Notes under the pieces: generated by a model | Told to the model about the DNA's origin: nothing | Database searches by the model: none | What the model saw: only the letters and a program-made list of their open reading frames with translations | Part shown: piece after piece, positions 8,530 to 15,876 of the stretch | Layout: every line of letters starts with the position of its first letter | How positions within the stretch are numbered: the stretch's first letter is position 1 | From: a virus | DNA length: 64,000 bases | Virus record (IMG/VR): IMGVR_UViG_3300021420_000016 | Location: 64,001-128,000 of that record | Direction: 5' to 3' (one strand) | Program-made: the position numbers and the translations under genes

Positions 8530-8672
8530 CCCCCCCGACAACGAATCGGCGACGGTAACCGGGGCCGGATTCGAACCGGCGGCCTCCGCCCTTCCGGGCG
8601 GCGCTCTACCAACTGAGCTACCTCGCAAAATGGGTTGGCTGCGAGAAGTAACCGTTGCCTGCACTTCGGGGA
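8530..8672 (-). ncRNA. Y RNA 2 (D-arm, GGAA-capped arm, T-arm)
   Basis: Same terminal motifs; TAGCTCAGTTGGTAGAGC, CCGCCC-GGAA-GGGCGG, GGTTCGAATCC. Confidence 0.8.
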
Positions 8673-8697
8673 GAAGTGCTTTATTTAGTTTATGTCC

Positions 8698-8806
8698 TTC
8701 CCGACAACGGATCGGCGGCGGCTGCGCGGGATTCGAACCCGCAACCTTCAGCTACTGTGACTGATTTCGATCCAATTCGAAGTAGCCGTCTCCTGCACTT
8801 CGGGAA
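8698..8806 (-). ncRNA. Y RNA 3 (T-arm only)
   Basis: Same terminal motifs plus TACTTCG; GCGGGTTCGAATCCCGC. Confidence 0.78.
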
Positions 8807-8889
8807 AGTATTCCCAGAGCCTAGCGAACCGGCAATGCGTGGCGCATCCCGTTTTCGCGTGACCCTGATCACAGCGCGAGCACCCTTTG

Positions 8890-8961
8890 AGTCGGCGGCG
8901 GGAATTGAACCCGCGTGCGCAGCTTTGCAGGCTGCTACCTCTGCCACTCGGCCACGCCGAC
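8890..8961 (-). tRNA. tRNA-Cys(GCA)
   Basis: cloverleaf, loop CT-GCA-AA. Confidence 0.92.
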
Positions 8962-8963
8962 AC

Positions 8964-9039
8964 GGTGAGCGAGGCGGGATTCGAACCCGCAGCCTTCTTC
9001 TTAGGAGGAAGTTGCTCCATCCCGTTGAGCTACCCGCTC
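8964..9039 (-). tRNA. tRNA-Arg(CCT)
   Basis: loop CT-CCT-AA. Confidence 0.9.
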
Positions 9040-9108
9040 GCGGGAACGCCTGGCGACCGCTATGCGTGATCCTTTACCCCCACCGTTTGAAGCTGGGTCC
9101 AGGCGTTC

Positions 9109-9182
9109 GGCGTCCCCGGCGTGACTCGAACACGCGCGCACGGCTCCGGAGGCCACAGCTCTATCCACTGAGCTACGGGGAC
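9109..9182 (-). tRNA. tRNA-Arg(CCG)
   Basis: loop CT-CCG-GA. Confidence 0.9.
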
Positions 9183-9183
9183 T

Positions 9184-9268
9184 TGGTGGCAGGTCCAGGG
9201 TTCGAACCTGGGTAGGCTGAGCCGGCGGTTTTACAGACCGCTCCCTTTGGCCGCTCGGGCAACCTGCC
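9184..9268 (-). tRNA. tRNA-Tyr(GTA)
   Basis: loop CT-GTA-AA, long variable arm, CCA. Confidence 0.95.
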
Positions 9269-9269
9269 T

Positions 9270-9347
9270 TGGGGAGCCCGGCCGGATTTGAACCGGCGAC
9301 GACACGGACCACAACCGTGTGTTCTGCCTGGCTGAACTACAGGCTCC
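9270..9347 (-). tRNA. tRNA-His(GTG)
   Basis: loop TT-GTG-GT, G-1, CCA. Confidence 0.93.
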
Positions 9348-9348
9348 A

Positions 9349-9423
9349 TGGTGGGTGATGATGGGATCGAACCATCGGCCTCTGTCGTGTGAAGGCAGCG
9401 CTCTGCCACTGAGCTAAACACCC
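9349..9423 (-). tRNA. tRNA-Val(CAC)
   Basis: loop TT-CAC-AC, CCA. Confidence 0.9.
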
Positions 9424-9511
9424 CTGCCAGGTCTTGATTTAAGTTCCGGGAATGCTTATTGTTTCCTTGCTACTAAAACCCTTAGCAAGTAGCACGGAAA
9501 GGGACACCTCA

Positions 9512-9655
9512 ATGGGCAGGAACAAAATCGTTGCAACTTGCGCCGCAATCTTTTTCGCGGCCGGGATGGCCGCCCCGGTTATCGCCGCAGCCACACCCGC
9601 CGTGCACGCCGTGGCAGACGGCAGTGGCGGCCCCGACATGTACCACCACAGCTGA
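9512..9655 (+). CDS. 47-aa secreted peptide precursor
   Basis: RBS GGAAAGGGA; signal-peptide-like N-terminus, short polar tail GSGGPDMYHHS. Confidence 0.65.
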   Translation: MGRNKIVATCAAIFFAAGMAAPVIAAATPAVHAVADGSGGPDMYHHS

Positions 9656-9716
9656 CCGTCCCCCAGGCCGTCTGCGGTCCCGAGCCCCCGGCGGGGCCGC
9701 AGACCCCTAAAATAAG

Positions 9717-9789
9717 TGCGCTCGGAGGGACTCGAACCCCCAACAAACTGCTCCGTAGGCAGTTGCTCTATCCGTTGAGCTACGGGCGC
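9717..9789 (-). tRNA. tRNA-Arg(ACG)
   Basis: loop CT-ACG-GA. Confidence 0.93.
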
Positions 9790-9800
9790 ATGGTATCGCG

Positions 9801-9873
9801 TGGGCGTACCTGGGATCGAACCAGGGATCCTCTGCCGTGTCGAGACAGCGCTCTGCCGCTGAGCTACACGCCC
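9801..9873 (-). tRNA. tRNA-Val(GAC), C33
   Basis: loop TC-GAC-AC. Confidence 0.88.
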
Positions 9874-10382
9874 ACCGTTACTTCCAGGCCAATCTCGGCG
9901 GCCTGCCCAGCGATCTTCTCCGGCAGTTCCCAGCCGAGCCGGGCCAGCCGCTGCACTGCCTGCCGGGCACCATTCCCGGCCCGGCCCGCTAGGTTCACGT
10001 TCTCCAGTGCCTCGTTCATCATGTCCTCCATCCCCCGGTCGGTCACCATGAACGGAATCACGTTGAACAGCACGACCGCCGCCGCAGCGCCGGTGAGAGT
10101 CCACCGGCCGGTGGATGGCTGGACGCCGATCTCGCAATGGATATGCGCCTCGCCGCAATGCTCGGCGCAGCCCCGCTTGTCCCACTCCTTGCCCGGACGG
10201 GGAGGCCGCGGCTCCGCGTTGCTGTCGGTGAGCCGGCACAACTCCCTGATCACGCTCAGGTAAGAAGAGTCGACCCGCAGCACCAGTTGCGGCGTCGCCC
10301 GGGTGAGGTTGTCCTTCCGGTGGATGCGGCCCTGCATGTCCAAGATGGCCGCCATCCAGGCCAGCTTCTCGGCAGGGACCAT
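9864..10382 (-). CDS. LAGLIDADG-like homing endonuclease-related protein (degenerate motif)
   Basis: LAWMAAILDMQGRI...LVLRV...VIRELCRL. Confidence 0.55.
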   Translation of the reverse strand: MVPAEKLAWMAAILDMQGRIHRKDNLTRATPQLVLRVDSSYLSVIRELCRLTDSNAEPRPPRPGKEWDKRGCAEHCGEAHIHCEIGVQPSTGRWTLTGAAAAVVLFNVIPFMVTDRGMEDMMNEALENVNLAGRAGNGARQAVQRLARLGWELPEKIAGQAAEIGLEVTVGV

Positions 10383-10408
10383 AAACCTCAGCCTAGCGCC
10401 GTGATACG

Positions 10409-10483
10409 CGGGACAGGCGGGATTCGAACCCGCGGCCTCCACCTTGACAGGGTGGCGAGCACTCCTGACTGCTCCACAGTCCC
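10409..10483 (-). tRNA. tRNA-Asp(GTC)
   Basis: loop CT-GTC-AA. Confidence 0.93.
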
Positions 10484-10598
10484 ATGATTCCGGTCGCGGC
10501 CCCGCAGGCTATCGCGCCTCACCTGCGGTCAGCGGACGGCGAACCCGCCTATGTTTGCCCACCGGAACTGCACCAGCCAGATGCAGGTGTTGGAAAAC

Positions 10599-10673
10599 GG
10601 CTCCCGAGGAAGGGCTCGAACCTTCAACCTGCCGGTTAACAGCCGGACGCTCTGCCGATTGAGCTACCCGGGA
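10599..10673 (-). tRNA. tRNA-Asn(GTT)
   Basis: loop CT-GTT-AA. Confidence 0.93.
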
Positions 10674-10814
10674 ATGAGAAAGAAGCCCCGCCTACACGGA
10701 GCGCCCCGACGGCACTCCCGCCCTTATGCTGCCGTCGCAGCCCCATGGGCACTTGGTCCGCGGCCCGCGCGCCCTGCCTTCGGGTCAAGCCCGTACATCC
10801 TCAGCGGAACTTCG

Positions 10815-10888
10815 TAGCGGGGGGCGGATTTGAACCGCCGTCCTCTGGGTTATGAGCCCAGCGAGCTACCGAACTGCTCCACCCCGCG
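10815..10888 (-). tRNA. tRNA-fMet(CAT)
   Basis: 5' CGCGGGG, C1 unpaired, GGG/CCC anticodon stem. Confidence 0.92.
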
Positions 10889-10976
10889 TCGCATGTGAGA
10901 TTTCCCGGCCACCTGGCCAACTCAGGTACCCACAACGGCCTCTCTACGGCTGACACTGATCACGCTACCACATTCG

Positions 10977-11052
10977 TGGTGGCTCCAGTCAGATTCGAAC
11001 TGACGCCGTCTCCTTGAAAGGGAGGTGACCTGGGCCGCTAGTCGATGGAGTC
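10977..11052 (-). tRNA. tRNA-Glu(TTC)
   Basis: loop CT-TTC-AA, CCA. Confidence 0.88.
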
Positions 11053-11053
11053 G

Positions 11054-11126
11054 TATCCCGGGAGGGATTCGAACCCCCGCCGCCACCTTGAGAGAGTGGC
11101 ATCCTAGGCCGCTAGACGACCGGGAC
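11054..11126 (-). tRNA. tRNA-Glu(CTC)
   Basis: loop CT-CTC-AA. Confidence 0.92.
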
Positions 11127-11138
11127 ATGTACTTTACG

Positions 11139-11211
11139 TGCGCCGCCGCGGACTCGAACCGCGAGCCGTCTCCTTAGAGGGGAGCCGCTCTATCCATTGA
11201 GCTAGCGGCGC
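11139..11211 (-). tRNA. tRNA-Arg(TCT), C33
   Basis: loop CC-TCT-AA, A20 in D-loop. Confidence 0.85.
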
Positions 11212-11371
11212 TGGCCGCGTCTCCGATTTCCCGGCGGACGGCTTGCTTCTCGCGTGCACGCTGAGCGCGCCGGCCGATCTCCTTCATACCGGGCTTGTAA
11301 CCCGGGTCGTGACCGGGGCAGCACCAATTCTGGTCGTGGGCACTGCGGGCCCGGCCGAGCATCCTTGCCAT
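11174..11371 (-). CDS. small basic Cys-containing protein, similar to N-terminus of 55181..55636
   Basis: MARMLGR..CC..RRAQRAREK vs MAKMLGR..CRC..RRARKRAEA; upstream GGAGG. Confidence 0.5.
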   Translation of the reverse strand: MARMLGRARSAHDQNWCCPGHDPGYKPGMKEIGRRAQRAREKQAVRREIGDAASAASSMDRAAPL

Positions 11372-11394
11372 GGGGCGCATCCTCCGGTTAGGGG

Positions 11395-11895
11395 CTATGC
11401 CGCTTCGCGCAGAGTGCGCATTCCGCGAGTGCCAGGCGTCTCACCCCGGCGAACCCGGCCATCGTATTTGGCTTGGCGGCATAGACCGCAGCGGCATCCG
11501 CGACCGTATTCCGCTTGAGAACCGTGGCCCTTTCGCTGAAGTTGCGGCCACGGGCGTTCGACACGCTGCTCGGCTAGGTCAGTGACCGTTTTCCGGTGAT
11601 GATGCGCGCCACATAGAACTTGGCACCCTTCAAGCTCCTCAAGGAACTTCACTTCTGCGATCGACCATAGTCTCGCTAGGTCGATCTCTTTGGCGCGCCA
11701 ATCAATGTGGTCGATCTCCAGGTCGGCGGTGCCGCCGCACTCGGCACAGGCGCCGCCTAGCAGCGCGATGGCTCGATCCCGTCGTTCGTGGTAGCGCCGG
11801 AGCATGTAATCGCGCATGTAGCCGTTGTAGCAGTCGCGACATCTCTTGCCGTTGGCATACTCCCTGACGGGCCTGCCGCACTGGTTGCAACACAT
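11395..11895 (-). CDS. HNH endonuclease
   Basis: CAECG..LEIDHID...CQVLCGAHH; TATAAT 6 nt before ATG (leaderless). Confidence 0.88.
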   Translation of the reverse strand: MCCNQCGRPVREYANGKRCRDCYNGYMRDYMLRRYHERRDRAIALLGGACAECGGTADLEIDHIDWRAKEIDLARLWSIAEVKFLEELEGCQVLCGAHHHRKTVTDLAEQRVERPWPQLQRKGHGSQAEYGRGCRCGLCRQAKYDGRVRRGETPGTRGMRTLREAA

Positions 11896-11910
11896 GTTCG
11901 AATTATATGC

Positions 11911-11986
11911 GGTGCCCCGCCTCGGATTCGAACCGAGAACCCGCGGATTAAAAGTCCGCTGCTCTAAGCCGTTGAGCTAGCAGGGC
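11911..11986 (-). tRNA. tRNA-Lys(TTT)
   Basis: loop CT-TTT-AA. Confidence 0.93.
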
Positions 11987-12043
11987 GTGGGGCTGGGTAT
12001 TCGTACGACCTGTTTCTCGCGCATCGTTTCCTCCTTTCCGGGG

Positions 12044-12120
12044 GGTAGGCCGGGCGGGGGTCGAACCCGCACATCTTCCGCTTATAAGGCGGCTGCCGTC
12101 ACCCTGTTGGCCACCGGCCT
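12044..12120 (-). tRNA. tRNA-Ile(TAT)
   Basis: loop CT-TAT-AA, discriminator A. Confidence 0.85.
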
Positions 12121-12126
12121 CCTGAG

Positions 12127-12198
12127 TAGCGAGAGGGGATTCTGCCACCCCGGCCTCTCCGTTATGGGCGGAGCGCTCTCCTTCTGAGCTATCCCGCT
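12127..12198 (-). tRNA. tRNA(CAT) Met/Ile2, C33, aberrant T-loop
   Basis: loop CC-CAT-AA; T-arm GGGGTGGCAGAATCCCC lacks TTC. Confidence 0.7.
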
Positions 12199-12213
12199 GG
12201 GTCCCCGTGGGGG

Positions 12214-12289
12214 TGGTGGGCCTAGGTGCTTTTGGGACACCGACCTCCCGGTTATCAGCCGGACGCTCTTACCTCTGAGCTACAGGCCC
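12214..12289 (-). tRNA. tRNA-Ile(GAT), aberrant T-loop
   Basis: loop CT-GAT-AA; T-arm GGTGTCCCAAAAGCACC; CCA. Confidence 0.75.
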
Positions 12290-12290
12290 T

Positions 12291-12382
12291 TGGAGGAGGG
12301 TGCGAGATTCGAACTCGCGAGACGAGTCCCCCCGTCTAGCCGTTTTCGAGACGGTGCCGTAGGCCACTCCGGTCAACCCTCC
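12291..12382 (-). tRNA. tRNA-Ser(CGA)
   Basis: loop CT-CGA-AA, long variable arm, CCA. Confidence 0.88.
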
Positions 12383-12387
12383 ACAAG

Positions 12388-12476
12388 CGGAGTGACAAGG
12401 ATTCGAACCTTGGAGGGGCTTGCGCCCCAACGGCGTTAGCAGCGCCGCGCCATAGGCCAGACTAGGCGACCACCCC
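12388..12476 (-). tRNA. tRNA-Ser(GCT)
   Basis: loop CT-GCT-AA, long variable arm. Confidence 0.92.
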
Positions 12477-12554
12477 ATTGTGCGGTGGGCGGGGACAGGC
12501 GGACCCGCTGGTACGCGCAGACCAGCATGGCCGTGATCTCCCCGCCTCACTGCG

Positions 12555-12630
12555 TAGCGCTCGTCGGATTCGAACCGACACTGTCGCGGACCTGAACCGC
12601 GCGCCTCCTACCATGTTGGGCTAGAGCGCC
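12555..12630 (-). tRNA. tRNA-Leu(CAG), short variable region
   Basis: loop TT-CAG-GT. Confidence 0.85.
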
Positions 12631-12735
12631 TGGCCAGGGATCAGGCCGGTGCCGTCTGGCTCACGCTGCCTTCCCGGCACCGCCGGCTCCGCAGTCAGCG
12701 TGATGGGGATAACCGTGTGGCGCCTGATCCCTTAG

Positions 12736-12808
12736 AGCGGACGGCCGGGATCGAACCGGCGACTTCAACCTTGGCAAGGTTGCGCTCTGCCAACTGAGCC
12801 ACGCCCGC
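12736..12808 (-). tRNA. tRNA-Gly(GCC)
   Basis: loop TT-GCC-AA. Confidence 0.95.
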
Positions 12809-12818
12809 ATGTATTTCG

Positions 12819-12890
12819 AGCGGAAGACGGGGATCGAACCCGCAACCCCGACCTTGGGAAGGTCGTGCTCTGCCATTGAGCCACTTCCGC
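12819..12890 (-). tRNA. tRNA-Gly(CCC)
   Basis: loop TT-CCC-AA. Confidence 0.94.
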
Positions 12891-12891
12891 A

Positions 12892-12967
12892 TGGAGCCCG
12901 ACCGGGGAATTGAACCCCGCCTACGGCCTTACCAAGGCCGGGTGCTTACCGCTATCACTAGCCGGGC
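12892..12967 (-). tRNA. tRNA-Thr(GGT)
   Basis: loop TT-GGT-AA, CCA. Confidence 0.9.
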
Positions 12968-12971
12968 GAAG

Positions 12972-13042
12972 CTGGGGGAGCTGGGGTCGAACCAACGTTC
13001 CAGGGACCAAAGCCCCGTGTCCTGCCTTTAGACGATCCCCCA
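12972..13042 (-). tRNA. tRNA-Gln(TTG)
   Basis: loop CT-TTG-GT. Confidence 0.9.
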
Positions 13043-13043
13043 T

Positions 13044-13121
13044 TGGAGCCGGCCATCGGGCTTGAACCGATCACCTGCCGCTTACAGGGCGGCTGCTCTG
13101 CCTGCGATGAGCTAGGCCGGC
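13044..13121 (-). tRNA. tRNA-Thr(TGT), C33
   Basis: loop CC-TGT-AA, CCA. Confidence 0.88.
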
Positions 13122-13187
13122 GTGATCCTGGCAGGCACCGCAGGCGACCTTTGGCGCCGCAGTGAGGCCTGCCCTGCCAAGGAATCG

Positions 13188-13262
13188 TGTGCTCGGAGGG
13201 ACTTGAACCCTCAACATCCGGCACCTCGGGCCGACCTCTCTGCCACATTGGAGTACGAGCAC
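13188..13262 (-). tRNA. tRNA-Leu(GAG), C33, short variable region
   Basis: loop CC-GAG-GT. Confidence 0.85.
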
Positions 13263-13335
13263 TCAGTCAGTTCTTAGGCCAGCCGTATGGTGGGTATGAC
13301 TCATCCCAACGATACCGATCGCAGGGAGCGCCCCC

Positions 13336-13572
13336 GTGGATGAGCCCAATCTCACTCTCCCCGAAGCCCAGGAGCAACTACCGGCGATCTGCCAGCGGTT
13401 CGCTGCCGACCCAGGAACCCGGGATGCCGTTGTAGTGACAGACGCCGATGGCCCAGTGGCCGTGATCATCCCCTGGCGGAGGTACCGGGCCTGGGCCGGC
13501 CTCGGGGGGGAGACCCTGATGCCCGTTCACCAAAACGGCCGCCTGATAGCGGTTGTCCGGGACTGCGGCTGA
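13336..13572 (+). CDS. Phd/YefM-like orphan antitoxin-fold protein
   Basis: LTLPEAQEQLPAIC...AVVVT..GPVAVIIP. Confidence 0.5.
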   Translation: MDEPNLTLPEAQEQLPAICQRFAADPGTRDAVVVTDADGPVAVIIPWRRYRAWAGLGGETLMPVHQNGRLIAVVRDCG

Positions 13573-13575
13573 CTG

Positions 13576-13650
13576 GGAGCCCGATGCCGGGGTCGAACCG
13601 GCGACCTCCGCGGTACGAAGGCGGCGCTCTACCGACTGAGCTAACCGGGC
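13576..13650 (-). tRNA. tRNA-Thr(CGT)
   Basis: loop TT-CGT-AC, C31-C39 mismatch. Confidence 0.85.
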
Positions 13651-13802
13651 GTGGCTGCCCCGCGTACGCCGGTTCGGCGGGGCGCACCAGGGCGGGAGAA
13701 TCCGGGGCCGTGCGATCAGCCGCCCAAGATCGCCTCGATCTTCCATGTTCCCGGTGATCAACTCCGGGTGGGCCCCTGCGCCAGTGCCGGCCAGTTACCT
13801 TC

Positions 13803-14477
13803 TTAGGGATTCCTGGCCGCTGATGCAACCGGCGCTGCTCCCGGAGCTGGGGTCGAACCAACTACGGGACTTACCGCTTCCGGGGCTGGACTCGAACCAG
13901 CGAGGACAGGGGCCAGAACCCTGCTGGGGACGCCGCCGCCCCACCCGGAATCAAGTCGGCCCGAACGGATAGCCGTACGGATCCGATGACAATTAGCGCA
14001 AACTATGTCACACTTCGCGATCTCAGCAAGGATTCTGCTCCATGACCAGCGGGTAAGCACGGCACTTATGTTGCCCAGCTTGTCATCCCCATCCCTGTGG
14101 TCGTAATCCATAACACAAGGGGGGAACCGGCCACCGCAATCAGCGCACGGGACGTCTTTCAATGCGTCGAGTCGCTGCCGGTTCGCCTCGTATCGTTGCC
14201 GGTTGCGGTCCAGATATACCTGCTTGTTGTCGTTGTACCACCGTTGCTTCGCCGCCCGCTGTGCTTCTTTGTTACGGCCGGCACCGGTCCCTTTCTTCCA
14301 CCGGACCCCGAGAAAATGTGAAGTATCCAGGCCCAGCTCTGCGGCTACCGCCCTGATTCTGTGGTATGAACTACCTCCGTCAGCCTTAAGTCCAAGCGCT
14401 CGGGCTACCTGGCCCCAAGTCGTGGATTGAGTGATGGCATCAGCTAGATCGCCGTCGGACCATGACCTGGTTCTCAT
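13803..14477 (-). CDS. HNH endonuclease inserted in tRNA-Gln
   Basis: PCADCG...MDYDHRD...KCDIVCANCHRIRT; TATACT 7 nt before ATG. Confidence 0.88.
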   Translation of the reverse strand: MRTRSWSDGDLADAITQSTTWGQVARALGLKADGGSSYHRIRAVAAELGLDTSHFLGVRWKKGTGAGRNKEAQRAAKQRWYNDNKQVYLDRNRQRYEANRQRLDALKDVPCADCGGRFPPCVMDYDHRDGDDKLGNISAVLTRWSWSRILAEIAKCDIVCANCHRIRTAIRSGRLDSGWGGGVPSRVLAPVLAGSSPAPEAVSPVVGSTPAPGAAPVASAARNP

Positions 14478-14561
14478 GCCTGCCAGTATACGGCAAGGTG
14501 TAGGGCTCTAGTCGCTTCGTCTGATCCAGAGTCAGGTGTCCTGCCATTGGACGATCCGGGA
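13838..14561 (-). pseudogene. split tRNA-Gln(CTG): 5' part 14520-14561, 3' part 13838-13866
   Basis: TCCCGGA acceptor strand pairs with TCCGGGA about 650 bp downstream; halves join into a complete cloverleaf. Confidence 0.8.
13877..13950 (-). tRNA. tRNA-Gln(CTG), atypical D-arm, inside the HNH insertion
   Basis: TTCCGGG/CCCGGAA acceptor, loop TT-CTG-GC, GGTTCGAGTCC. Confidence 0.7.
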
Positions 14562-14565
14562 TTAG

Positions 14566-14647
14566 TGCGGGACGAGGGATTTGAACCCTCACGCCCTCTC
14601 GGGCACACGGACTTGAGCCGTGCGTGTCTGCGTTTCACCAGCCCCGC
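14566..14647 (-). tRNA. tRNA-Leu(CAA)
   Basis: loop CT-CAA-GT, long variable arm. Confidence 0.9.
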
Positions 14648-14653
14648 TGGCCT

Positions 14654-15442
14654 TCAAAACGCCTTCCGCATTTCCTCGATCAGGGCCAGCGATTGCGGCG
14701 CGTTCAGGGCTATGCTTTGCAGCCAATCCGCTTGCGCGCGGAACCGGTCCAGGTCTGCGGTGTGGTCCTGGTACCTGTCTTCTCTCTCGGAGAAGACCAT
14801 CGGGGGCAGTTCGCCGGCGAAATCCAGGATCGTGAAGTTCGGCGCCGGGGAGGAGATCAGCGCCGCGCGGAACGGGACTACCCGCACGATGGCGCCTTCG
14901 CCGGCAAGGTTCAGGATGTGCCCGAGCTGGTCGGCCATGATGTCGGCGCCGGGGTGGCGCTGCAGGACCGCCTCATCCAGGAGGAACGTTGTGGGGATCT
15001 TCCCCACCAGTACCTGCCGGGCTTCACGCACCTGCGGGTACGGCCGGCCGGCGGCCTGGTCGTAGTTTGCGGTGCGCAGCAGCGCGGGGATTACGTCGCG
15101 GGCGAGGCAGACGAGGGACTCGGCGTTTTGCTCCAGGCTGAGGTACAGGACCGACCGGTCGTTGCTGATCGGCTCTATCCTCCACGGGTCTTTCTCCCGG
15201 CCGCGTCTCACGGCGGCAAGGAGCTCCGCCGCGGTGGCCTGGTCGGCGCCGTAGACGAGGCACATGGAGCGGACTGTGCGCCCGTCGGCGAGCCGGTCGC
15301 CGGTTTCGGTGCGGCTGACCGTGGCCATGGAGCACAGCAGTTCGGCTGCGGCCTGCTCGATCGTCATGCCCGCTGCGGTGCGCAGTTCGCGCAGGCGGGC
15401 GGCGAGTTTCATCTGGGCTACGGCGGGGCTGTCACTTGCCAT
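14654..15442 (-). CDS. XRE HTH + DUF5753-type regulator
   Basis: LAARLRELRTAAGMTIEQAA..SMATVSRTETG; IPALLRTANY; LDEAVL. Confidence 0.82.
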   Translation of the reverse strand: MASDSPAVAQMKLAARLRELRTAAGMTIEQAAAELLCSMATVSRTETGDRLADGRTVRSMCLVYGADQATAAELLAAVRRGREKDPWRIEPISNDRSVLYLSLEQNAESLVCLARDVIPALLRTANYDQAAGRPYPQVREARQVLVGKIPTTFLLDEAVLQRHPGADIMADQLGHILNLAGEGAIVRVVPFRAALISSPAPNFTILDFAGELPPMVFSEREDRYQDHTADLDRFRAQADWLQSIALNAPQSLALIEEMRKAF

Positions 15443-15487
15443 GTGGCACATATACCCTGCACCGGGCATTTTGCACGTAACCTATCG

Positions 15488-15559
15488 TGCGCCGCCAGGG
15501 GATCGAACCCCGGACCCGCCGATTAAGAGTCGGCTGCTCTACCACTGAGCTAGCAGCGC
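15488..15559 (-). tRNA. tRNA-Lys(CTT)
   Basis: loop CT-CTT-AA. Confidence 0.95.
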
Positions 15560-15560
15560 C

Positions 15561-15634
15561 TGGAGCGGGTGAAGGGGATCGAACCCTCATGACCAGCTTG
15601 GAGGGCTGGGGCTCTGCCATTGAGCTACGCCCGC
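15561..15634 (-). tRNA. tRNA-Gly(TCC), C33
   Basis: loop CC-TCC-AA, CCA. Confidence 0.9.
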
Positions 15635-15643
15635 ATTGACTTT

Positions 15644-15720
15644 TGGTGGCCACTCTCCGAGTCGAACGGAGGCCCTCTCACTTTTCAGGCGAGCGCTCAT
15701 ACCAACTGAGCTAAGCGGCC
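15644..15720 (-). tRNA. tRNA-Phe(GAA)
   Basis: loop CT-GAA-AA, CCA. Confidence 0.92.
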
Positions 15721-15724
15721 ATAG

Positions 15725-15796
15725 TCGGGATGGTCCGAACCGAACGGACGCCCTTCTGCTCCCAAAGCAGACGCTCTTCCACTGAGCTACACCCCG
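15725..15796 (-). tRNA. tRNA-Pro(TGG)
   Basis: loop TT-TGG-GA. Confidence 0.88.
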
Positions 15797-15801
15797 AATC
15801 G

Positions 15802-15876
15802 TCGGGACAGACCGATTTGAACGGCCGGCCTCCGGCTCCCCGAGCCGGCGCTCTAACCAAGCTGAGCTATGCCCCG
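15802..15876 (-). tRNA. tRNA-Pro(GGG), C33
   Basis: loop TC-GGG-GA. Confidence 0.88.

Noticed and set aside
8400-8760. tRNA genes or pseudogenes upstream of the TROVE gene
   Set aside because: The arms lack open acceptor ends and sit inside repeated Y RNA closing stems.
11139-11211. Amber suppressor reading (CT-CTA-AG) of this tRNA
   Set aside because: Stem register CTCC/GGAG, arm spacing and A20 fit Arg(TCT) with C33 better.
12555-13262. Leu tRNAs without a long variable arm as a novelty
   Set aside because: To my knowledge short-arm Leu tRNAs already occur in actinophage-type arrays; low novelty.
13867-14519. Group I intron in tRNA-Gln
   Set aside because: No recognisable P7 or other core elements, the insert is nearly all ORF plus tRNA, and the site is the variable loop; kept only as an alternative.
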